Of a stretch of DNA of 64,000 nucleotides, positions 53,758-64,000 are shown one piece after another; the first letter of the stretch is position 1; every line of letters begins with the position of its first letter. The translations under genes and the position numbers were made by a program. Source of the DNA: Octopus sinensis (taxonomy: Eukaryota); NCBI RefSeq assembly GCF_006345805.1, contig NC_043017.1, positions 30,628,001 through 30,692,000 of the forward strand, read 5' to 3'. Below the pieces are notes generated by a model. That model was not told the origin of the DNA. It made no database searches and was given only the letters and a program-made list of their open reading frames with translations.

Positions 53758-54236
53758 TGCTACTTATCTGGTGGTGTTTCACCTTTGGAGTTTTAGGTTA
53801 CTCCCTGATGTTTAGTCATGATCTATACTTGGGATATTTCTATCGTTCCAAAATTGTAGTACTGGGCCATTCCTGAATGTGGATCGCAAAGCTGCCATGT
53901 GTGAAATACTTAAAATCATCTCTTAGCACATATGTGTTTGTTTGTGTGCGTGAGTGTTGTGTGTGTGTGTTTGTGTCTGTGTGTGTTTGCGTGTTTCTGT
54001 GTGTGTTGTATATGCGTGCGTGTGCGTGTGTTTGCATGTGTGTGTCAGTATGTTTACGTGTGAGTCTTTGTGGATTTAGAGTGTTATGTCATTTAGGTTG
54101 ACACCGTAGTAGCTTTTATTTGTATTCCAGATTATGGCTAACCAAACCAATAAATATTTATCATCCATGATTACAAGAAGTTTTCATTCACGCTGTAAAT
54201 TCCGATAATAGTATCTGGAATGTATAAAAGCAAGAA

Positions 54237-54507
54237 TTATAACGATCGAAAAGATATGGAGACTGGTATATTCTCAAAATATATTTTCTTTAATTTTGCA
54301 AGTCGTACAGCATATTTTTATGGTTACGACTTCCTACACGTGTTTCCTCTACACAGAGTGCGTACCGTTGTATATGCTGTTGTTCATACTCTATGCAGCA
54401 GAAACATGAGTAGGTCAGCGTAACCATAAAAATATGCTGTGTAACAAACCGTAAAATAAAAGGAAAGAAATTTTGAGGATGTAGTCTCCATATTCCCTAT
54501 CGTTATA
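54237..54507. mobile_element. Fold-back (palindromic) MITE-like element, about 270 bp
   Basis: TTATAACGAT..GGAGACT..CAGCATATTTTTATGGTTACG..CAGAGT is mirrored over almost the entire length. Confidence 0.75.
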
Positions 54508-54544
54508 ACATATATATACATATATATCAGTCGCCATGGCAAAT

Positions 54545-54735
54545 TGTTAGTCACTAAACACATTTCTTTCTCTCTTTGTTTCTCTCCTTGTTTTATCTGT
54601 CCCTTTCTGTAGAAGAGCGTAGGCTCGAAACGTAAAAATAATTTTTCTATTCCTGAGCGCTATACTAATACGTCTGTTTGTTTTGTACACCACCTGTCTT
54701 TGTATTTTGTTTTTTTTTCGTAAACTCTCCCTGTA
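54545..54735 (+). mobile_element. Penelope-like pLTR fragment with degenerate hammerhead
   Basis: CTGTAGAA-GAGC-GTAG-GCTC-GAAACGT at about 54607-54633; homologous to 1720-1860 and 61930-62140; TA-flanked. Confidence 0.55.
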
Positions 54736-54767
<32 letters not shown>

Positions 54768-55009
54768 CGTGTGTGTGTGTGTGTGTATGTATGCATGTAT
54801 ATGTATATATATATACATACATACATACATACATACATACATACATACATACATACGTAGATGTATAATATTACATTATATTATATTATATATATATCAT
54901 CGTTTATTCCCACCCATTCCTTATTTGTATACATGTACAAATATTTTGTAGATCTCATTTTATACCAAGTATTTATGATATTAGACAGAACCTTGGAATC
55001 AATAAAAAT

Positions 55010-55049
<40 letters not shown>

Positions 55050-55100
55050 GCAACTTCATCATCACCATCATTTTCATTTCCACTGCCGCCGTCGTCGTCG

Positions 55101-55133
<33 letters not shown>

Positions 55134-56640
55134 AGGGCCGCCAAAGGTTAGGTATTGTGATCTGACAATGGCATTTGATAGTAATAATATTTCTTACCAG
55201 CATCAACATTATGACTTCCAAATGCCACACGGTGTTATTAATGTTTTAAACAAAGCCTTCCTTTCATTCTTTTCTTCCAGAATATGAAAAAGACATTTTG
55301 CCAAAAAAAAAAGAAAAGACACAATATATATTCGATGGTGTCACCCAACTGTTATATTGCGTATAACTGATAAATTTCCCTGTAAATTTCTCAACGTAAA
55401 CATTCCTATTAAATTGATCAGAAGTGTGTTATAACAAAACTAAATAACGCTGAAACAATGAATGAAAATAGAAGGAAAAAAAAATATATATTAAGCAGTG
55501 ACTGATTCAAAATTCACACAAAGGAGATTATTCACATAGCAAAACAAAATAATATTAAAATAAATGAGAGAAAAAAAAGTAAAACAGAAACGATTTTGTT
55601 TATTTGAGTTTTTATTTTATATCAAATAAAGTATATGAATCTGGTTAATAATGGAAGATGATGTGTTATTTTGAATCTCGGCATCGGTGATTCCATTTTG
55701 ATTCTGCAAGAATGAATAACAGTTTTTTTTAATTTTTTTTTTTTAATATTAAATCGCATATATCAACTGAACACATCGTATTATGTGTCATGTTGATAGT
55801 AGTTTACTAGTCTAAGGCAATCCAGATTTGATAAATTTTCTCAGGAGAATTGAAAGAGATTTAATAATGATATATTGGTTTATGGTATTCTTCAGCCACG
55901 ATTCCAAAGAATTAGAATTTAAAAACCAAACCATGGTAAAGCGAGAATTATAAACTTCAAACTCTATTCAGTTTAAAAAAATACAATGAGAACAATGATA
56001 TTTGAATATTTGTGTGTATATATATATTCATTCATACATGTATATATATAATTGTATGTGTATATATTTATATATATATATGTTTATGTATATATATATA
56101 ATTGTATGTGTATATATTTATATTTATATATATATGTTTATGTATTTATGTATATATGTATATATATAAATATATTTATTTATTTATTTATGTATATATA
56201 TATACGTATGTATGTATGTATACAATAGTTATTACTCTTCAAGTGATTGTAGGGACATCAGCACTTAGGATGTGAGAAAAGGACAGAGTTCACATAGAGT
56301 AAACAACAGTGGTGCTGTCACGTGTTGGTAGGCTGCTGCAGATTTAAGCCGTAGACCTCACCCTTTAGTTTCTTCCAGGTAAATCGTAGATGGAACACGC
56401 AAGCACAAGTTGTTTTCAGATTAAGGCTTTGAACGCCATTTCTATTCTCTTTATATGCGAATGTGTATACCTGTGTGTTCGTGTATAAAAAATTTTGTTT
56501 CCCACCAGAAGAGCCCGGCTTAAAAGTACACCATTTATGTCAAACTTGTATTATTACAAACGTTGTACATTTATACATATATTAATATCCTTTGTTTATT
56601 TTTGAGCCACGATTCCAATTAGTAAAAGAATAATTGAAAA

Positions 56641-57046
56641 TATTGTATTTCGGAATAGTCATTTTGCCAATTTAGCCAATAAATGTAGCCACACGCACTA
56701 TATATTTGGTGTTACTTTGCTTCAGTGTTTTTATTTTTTAAATTAAACTTACACACACACTAACTAAACATAGACGCACATAGAGATATACGTATGCGCA
56801 AATGAAGACACATACAATAGAAATACAAAATGTATGACGGTTAGTAAGGAGAGACACACAAATAAGAAAGAAGAAATCAAAGGACCATTGATGCGGTCAC
56901 AGGAGTGCGACGAAAGAACTCTGGCCGAAATAAGATTAAGTTTAAAGTAAAAAATAAATAGCACTGTTGCAAAGTAACACCAAATATATAGTGCGAGTGT
57001 TTTTATTGGCTAACTGGCAAAATGACCATTCAGAAATGCAACAATA
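56641..57046. mobile_element. MITE with about 110-bp TIRs
   Basis: 56641-56751 is mirrored by 56937-57046 (GTCATTTTGCCA..GCACTATATATTTGGTGTTACTTTGC). Confidence 0.8.
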
Positions 57047-57307
57047 TATGTTTCAACAAACGATGTCACATAAAAAATCTTGCACAACAAATATATAAAC
57101 GTAATTATTGAAAAGCTATTCAAGAAAGAACAACTTAATGTTTCCATAAAGTTTAAAACAAAAAGATGTTTGCCAAACAGAGATTGTTATTATATTGTAG
57201 TCACTTTTTACTTGATTCACCTCAATTTTAATATTTTGAATGGTTTTACAAACGTGGCAATGCAATCTTTCACTATCAATTGATTATGTAGACATTATTA
57301 GACAACG

Positions 57308-57520
57308 TGTGTGTGTTTGTGTGTCTGTGCTTGTCCCCCTAGCATTGCTTGACAACTGATGCTGGTGTGTTTACGTCCCTGTCACTTAGCGGTTCGGCAA
57401 AAAGAGACCGATAGAATAAGTACTGGGCTTACAAAGAATAAGTCCCGGGGTCGATTTGCTCGTCTAAAGGCGATGCTCCAGCATGGCCGCAGTCAAATGA
57501 CTGAAACAAGAAAAAGAAAA
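57308..57520 (+). mobile_element. SINE family B 3' half
   Basis: Starts at the TG repeat; full tail. Confidence 0.88.
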
Positions 57521-60500
57521 AAGAAAAAAAAAACCTGTATTCCTAATTAGTAAACGTTTGTGTAGGACTTGAAGCTGACGTGTCTGTCATAACCTGCAGG
57601 TATTGCTACCGTTTCAAGATCGTGCCCCATATTTGAGAAACAATTGGACACCAGGACTGGAAGCAACTAAACACCCAAGCTTGCAGTTGTAAATGTTGGT
57701 CTGCCGTAGTGAACATTGGAATGTGACGTTTCGTGTCTGACGAAAATATGTGAGAAAAAGAATATTTGTATTTTTCTAGCAGCTCCAACATCTGAGCTTC
57801 TCCATACAACACGCTAACTTCTTGAAACAAGTGTAAAAATGATTCTCCTTCCATAAATATTTTATTCTCCTACTAAATAATCCATAGCTTCAGTATTAAA
57901 TATTTAAAACAGTATGACTTATAATAAAAATCAGTGCCACCTATTTTATATCTTTGAATCAACTGCATAAATCCCAAAGTTATATCTGCTCTGTAGTTCT
58001 GCGTATCTAGATCAAAGAGAACCGTTAAAAAAGAAAGCGAACTAATGAAGCAACTTAACATTCAGAGAAGTAGCTTCATATTTTCAATATAGCTGATACG
58101 TAATCTTCAAAAAAACTTACTGCTACCTGTCTCATAGATTTACTGCTACAGAGGTATTCCTGCATTGAGATTAATCTTATACTTCTCGCCAAATTGAAGT
58201 TTTCTTTGAATCACATACCAAAGCCAAGAAATACAACAATATTAACAATATTGTCAATTATTCTTTTACTAATTGGAATCGTGGCACAAAAATAAACAAA
58301 GAATATTAATATATGTATAAAACGTACAACGTTTGAAATAATACAAGTTTGACACACATGGTATACTTTTAAGCCGGACTCTTCTGCTGGGAAACAAAAT
58401 TACCAATTGCTTATTTAGAGTACCATACAATAAATATGGATAAAGGAAATCAGCATTGCATAGGATAGCCATTGAATATTGTTTCAACACATTCCCCATA
58501 GTTTTACATCCGGCAAATCTCCCACCTCTCACATATGATATATACAAACTTTAATGACGTTATACTCACCAAGTACACCAGGTTGTTATAGAGAAAAGTT
58601 CAATTCATAAATTTTAGGACAATTTTTGGTTGTTTAATAATGGATGGAATGTCATACATAGATTGTTTTCTTAATTTCATGGTTGAATAATGGTTTGGCA
58701 AGATGTATCTCTGGCGGTCTGTGGCTAGTGTTTATGCATGGTCATAAGTGCGTTGTTTTGATTCCCCTACTGGGAAAAGAATATTTTTTTCATGAGTGAA
58801 ACACTTCATTTCATATTACTCCCGCAAATTAATAAACCGGTGAGGCACTGTGATCCAGTCCAAGAGGCGTATATACTCCACAGAATCCAGAAAACCGGCC
58901 TTATGAGAAAATGTCTGGGGAAAGACCATTCCCCAGCCAGAGACTCATAAGACCGGTTTCCTGGATCTTTTTTGTTTCTAAGACGTATCAATTAATAATG
59001 GTTAATTGCGACAGACCTGGAGAAAGATAATCACCAATAATAACAGTCACTCATATAAAAATATAATAATAAAGCATAAAAGATTATTTATACCTGAATT
59101 TAAAACAAGTGTGTAGTTGATTGATAGTATTCCTTGATGGACAGGTGAATTCTGATAGATTTCATGGAACAGAATAGAGACCAAAATGCAGGAGTTAAAC
59201 TAAGAACTAGTAAGTTGAAGTTTTGAAATTACTTTCGTACGTGCGCAAAAGTTACTGCATTTATTCCGAGAGACGACTTGGTGCTATATATCATATTCAT
59301 AGAAATTCCATACGGATGAGAAAAGCAGATTGTTAAAGATATAGTTCGAGTAAATTATGTGTTGAAGTGTATTTGAGACGTGACAGTATGTTCTTAAGTG
59401 AACACATTATCGTAACAGGTGACTCGTTAATTTAATGATAACATCAAAGCAACGCATTCGTGAGAGCAATTCTCTTCGCATATCAGAAATTGAGTTTATT
59501 ATTGGAAACTAACTATATTCCCTCATTTATGAAAAAGAGCTACTGCTGCTTAGAATACTCAAGTGGAATTTATACGTGGTTATTTTTCACAATAGCGAAA
59601 CATCAAGTGTAATATCTAGGCCAGCAGAACGTTGGAATATAAATGACAACTTTTTTGATTATTGTCATATGCCATATATAAGCAGAGAGCTACAAATTCT
59701 GAAAGTTATATTATCACATTATAACAAGCAATGGAGTAAATATTGTACAACTGGGATATTTTGTCAAGTGACAATAGTGAATTTGCTATCACGTGATAAA
59801 TAGCTACCAATGGAGAAGATATTTATACATACATATATATATTTATAATATAAAAAAAAAAAATATATATGCATATGTATATGTATATAAATACATATAT
59901 ATATAAATATATATATATGTACATACATACACACACGCACACACACACATATACGTTCGAAGTATTTCTAGGTATCACTGCTTTAAATCGTTTTTTTTTT
60001 TTGCTATCGTTTCAGTTTGAAGTTTATATTTATCCAGTATGTTCATATTTGCATGAGAGGATAGCGGTGACCTATAATATTTGTTGGTGAGAAAAATAAA
60101 GGTAAATTGCTCGAACATTTTCAATATTTTCAATGCGCCCTAGATTAGTGGGTATTCCCCAGATAGATAAATAAACAAAATATTTTCAACCTAATTTACT
60201 AAAGTTACCCAGATCTATGAGAACATGCTTAAACGAGAGACGAGTTGTGTGTGTCGTAGTATAAAATAGGTGTCATAGTAACCCAAACTCGCTTACACAG
60301 TCACCGTTTATCGAAGCAATATCCTCAAAACATTTGTTCATCTGAAATGTTTTTATAGCATGCACATTAACCCAACATAGCAACATGTATCACGGAACGG
60401 AAGCTCTATATATTAAGACAAAGCCCCTTAAGACACAAAATGAGTTGAAGGAAATGCGGCTGGATAATACATAAGATCAAGGGGAAAACTACAAAGTCTT

Positions 60501-60703
60501 TAGTTTGCTCATGGGTTTTCTCATGAAAAATTACATCAGCGAATTCGACGACGACGACGGCGGTGATGTCAGTGATAATGATGATGAGGATATTGATGAT
60601 GATAATATTATGATGATCATGATAATAATTGAGACGGCAACCATGGCAATGATAATAATGGTGATGATGATAAGTTATGATGATGACAATGATAACAAGT
60701 ATG

Positions 60704-61113
60704 TATTTCTTTACTACCCACAAGGGGCTAAACACAGAGGGGACAAACAAGGACAGACAAACGGATTAAGTCAATTACATCAACCCCAGTGTGTAACTGG
60801 TACTTAATTTATCGACCCCGAAAGGATGAAAGGCAAAGTCGACCATGGCGGAATTTGAACTCACAACGTAACAACAGACGAAATACTTATTTCTTTACTA
60901 CCCACAAGGGGCTAAACACAGAGGGGTCAAACAAGGACAGACACCGGATTAAGTCGATTATATCGACCCCAGTGCGAAACTGGTACTTAATTTATCGAAA
61001 GGATGAAAGGCAAAGTCGACCTCGGCAGAATTTGAACTCAGAACGGAACGGCAGACGTAATACGGCTACGCATTTCGCCCGGCGTGGTAACGTTTCTGCC
61101 AGCCCGCCGCCTT
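60704..61113 (-). mobile_element. SINE family A dimer
   Basis: Head + two bodies, with the same junction as the 37122 and 38266 multimers. Confidence 0.9.
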
Positions 61114-61714
61114 ATATGGTAACATATATAGCGGCAACGACGACTGTGGGACAGTGGCAATAATGATGATGCTGATGATGATGACGACTATGATGAGGAT
61201 GATGACTATAATGATTGTGAAATTGTTGTTGTTGGTGGTGGTGGTGCTGACGGCAACGGTGACGGCTAAGAGTATGTTAATACAAATAATATAAATTCCA
61301 GGTCAATATGAACAATGTTTACGAAGTTGCTTCTTGTCTTCAGACAACATTAATATCAAGATGCAAAACTGCAACACATCAACAAGAGAGAGAAATGTAT
61401 GGCGGTAGAGGACATAATGAATAAATCTCGTTCATGAATATTTATGAAGATATACATATTCATATATTCATAACCATATATACACATTCAAATTGTCTAC
61501 GGATATACAAAACAGATACAGACAAACATATATGGGTTTATTAGTAAATATGTAGGTTTGACAAGTGTTATTCATTATGTCTCAGGGCAGATATATTTCA
61601 TTTTCTTTCTGTTTATTTTTATTGTCTATAAATTCATCCCTGTTAATATAACGACATGTGCAATAGCAAATACACACTCGCACGCGTGTGTGTGTGTCAG
61701 TGTGTGTGTGTGTG

Positions 61715-61862
61715 GATGTGTGGTAAGAAGATTGCTTCCCCACCACATGGTTCCGGGTTCAGGCTCACTGCGTGTCACATTTGTCTTCGACTATAGCCTC
61801 TGGCCTACAAAGGACATGTGAGTGGATTTTGTACACGGAAACTGAGAGATGCATGTCGTATA
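61715..61862 (+). mobile_element. SINE family B 5' half
   Basis: TGTGTGGTAAG..CACATGGTTCCGGGTTCAG..GGAAACTGA. Confidence 0.75.
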
Positions 61863-61929
61863 CACACACATATATATATATATATATATATTATAATATA
61901 TATTATATATATATATATATATATTCAAA

Positions 61930-62140
61930 ATGTGACTACGTGTGTACCGTTGTCGATTTTTTCCCTCCGTTTTCATTTCTTTCGATGCTTCCTTTTCCTA
62001 TGTTTCTGACGGAGAGCTCCGCTCGAAAAGTTGAACCCTCCTTCATTCTCTCCTTCCTGAGCGTCCAATAATACAATACCTGTTCCACGTCCTCACGTGT
62101 TGTGTTTTTTTCTTTGTGGTTTCATGTTGGATTAACTTTA
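61930..62140 (+). mobile_element. Penelope-like pLTR fragment with degenerate hammerhead
   Basis: GTTT-CTGACGGA-GAGC-TCC-GCTC-GAAAAG-TT-GAAC at 62002-62036; TA arrays on both sides. Confidence 0.55.
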
Positions 62141-62160
62141 TATATATATATATATATGTA

Positions 62161-62202
<42 letters not shown>

Positions 62203-62276
62203 ATATTATATATATATATTATATATATTATAATATATATATATATACATACATATATATATATATATATATATTG

Positions 62277-62527
62277 GAAGGTTTGGAGATGATGTACAGG
62301 TATTTTATATTAGAAGAAATGAGGTACTCAGAAATCGATGGTGGTTTATATTTACAGATATTTTTCAAATCAAACTTAGTTTGATTTGAAAACCCCACTA
62401 GAATGGGAGAAGCGCTAATACATGATCTAAGTTATATGATGTATAAAAAGTGTAATATAATATACAAATAAATATCTGTAAATATAAACCATCCGATTTT
62501 CTGAGTACCTCATTTCCTCTAATATAT
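62277..62527. mobile_element. TA-embedded fragment with about 55-bp inverted arms (PLE-like inverted pLTR?)
   Basis: 62305-62361 is mirrored by 62471-62527. Confidence 0.5.
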
Positions 62528-62534
62528 ATATATA

Positions 62535-62574
<40 letters not shown>

Positions 62575-62807
62575 TATATATAATTATATTATATATATAT
62601 ATATATATATATACATATTATGACCTATTAAGATCGCTATTTGCAATTACAACTGAAATGAAAAAAATATGGTCGTCAATAAGGTCGATATATGTGTGTG
62701 GTGTGTGTGTGCGTGCGTGTCTGCGTGTGCGTGTGTGGATGTGAATGAGTATGTATGCTCGCAGCCGCATGGCTAGAAGGCGTAAAAGCGTAAATGCGTA
62801 TATAAGT

Positions 62808-63040
62808 GATCTGATCAATAAGTATCCGGACTGTAGCTAGAGTAAGGAAGCTGAAGGACGCATACTAAAGTCGCTGACACAGATTGGCCTTGAACTTTGC
62901 TGTGCATGCGCAATAATTTTTAACGTTCTAACTCGCTTCCGCTGTTTAAAGCAGTGGAAAGTGTGTTGCGTGTGATTGTCTTATTTACCATGATAGAGAA
63001 ACCTGAGCAAAACCCTGCATCAAATTTTGCCAAAATCTTG
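62808..63040 (+). mobile_element. Mariner-like transposon 5' end
   Basis: TIR-like GATCTGATCAATAAGTATCCGGACTG; ORF start MIEKPEQ../CIKFCQNL. Confidence 0.6.
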
Positions 63041-63044
63041 TCAA

Positions 63045-63441
63045 TAGGCGCAGGAGTGGTTGCGGGGTAAGTAGCTTGCTTACCAACCACATGGTTCCGG
63101 GTTCAGTCCCACTGCGTGGCATCTTCAGCAAGTGTCTTCTGCTATATCCCCGGGCCGACCAATGCCTTGTGAATGGATTTGGTAGACGGAAACTGAAAGA
63201 AGCCTGTCGTATATATGTATATATGTGTGTTTGTGTACCTGTGTTTGTCCCCCTAGCATTGCTTGACAACCGATGCTGGTGTGTTTATGTCCCCGTTACT
63301 TAGCGGTTCGCCAAAAAGAGACCGATAGAATAAGTACTGGGCTTACAAAAGAATAAGTCCCGGGGTCGAGTTGCTCGATTAAAGGCGGTGCTCCAGCAAG
63401 GCCGCCGTCAAATGACTGAAACAAGTAAAAGTTTAAAGAGT
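63045..63441 (+). mobile_element. SINE family B, full length
   Basis: Head TAGGCGCAGGAGTGG through tail GACTGAAACAAGTAAAAG. Confidence 0.92.
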
Positions 63442-63479
63442 AACTATTTAAAGGCCTACACAAAATTTGAAAACTTTTC

Positions 63480-64000
63480 AGCGTTTTCGATGCATTCAAG
63501 GAGATCGTGTGCAACTGAAACCCGAGTGTCTTTTTTGGTCAGCTGAAATCAGTTTTTGTACAAACTTGGCAGACACGCGTCTCATACTCACATCTTCAGT
63601 AATAATGGACTGAACTGAACCGTGAACTAATAACCACAACCTCTGATAACTCATGCATGTTGGTTCGACGATATCCCCTCTCAAATACACACACATCTCC
63701 GATGATTTTTCGGTTCTGCTAGTTGCGATCCTCCCAAAACGTTTGGCAATATCGACATTTTATGAGCCAGCTTCGAAACATCTGAACAACTCCTACACTT
63801 GTGTGCAGCTCATACACTCCTCTCCATACACATTATGGAACTTGGCATAGGCCTCTCAACAGGTATCGTCATGACATCATTCCCTGTCATGGTCTAAACG
63901 AGGATCACATGCTACACACCTTCCTTTCAAGTACTGGTGTAGACAGCGGAAGGGAGCTAGGTCTTTAAAATTTAAACTGAATTCATAATCAATCTGTGCC
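63480..64000 (-). mobile_element. Decayed mariner-like transposase N-terminus (second, diverged copy; runs off the window)
   Basis: DTC*EAYAKFHNVYGEECMSCTQV*ELFRCF..GSVQSIITEDVSMRRVSAKFVQKL (HTH region + WVPRxL-like motif); 5'UTR homologous to 62877-63000. Confidence 0.75.

Noticed and set aside
58700-58970. Degenerate SINE-like sequence with a short inverted repeat (CCAGAAAACCGG.CTTATGAG / CTCATAAGACCGGTTTCCTGG)
   Set aside because: Probably two old SINE tails back to back; single occurrence in the window, family not supportable

Overview
AT-rich, microsatellite-saturated eukaryotic (animal) non-coding DNA. The repeat content (tRNA-headed SINE families, long TA/TAA/GAT/TAGA arrays) looks most like an octopus/coleoid cephalopod genome; this is my inference and was not verified by search. 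I found no intact host gene, rRNA, true tRNA or CRISPR array. Most ORF-track entries are microsatellite translations, and the few with real protein signal are transposon remnants. The window contains: (i) about 35 copies of three tRNA-derived SINE families, several tandem, nested or with swapped tails; (ii) a cluster of 5'-truncated R4/Dong-clade LINEs (restriction-like endonuclease) sitting in (TAA)n arrays; (iii) RTE/BovB-like, RTEX-like, CR1-like and possible L1/Tx1 fragments; (iv) two non-autonomous Helitrons, mariner remnants and several MITEs or fold-back elements; (v) a set of Penelope-like element (PLE) pieces in (TA)n arrays carrying type I hammerhead ribozyme motifs. The most interesting item is a 594-bp non-coding unit (35965-36574) with an intact-looking hammerhead. 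Its adjacent inverted copy reads straight across the unit's end-to-start junction, which points to a tandem or circular (retrozyme-like) template. Coordinates were read by eye and may be off by a few bases.
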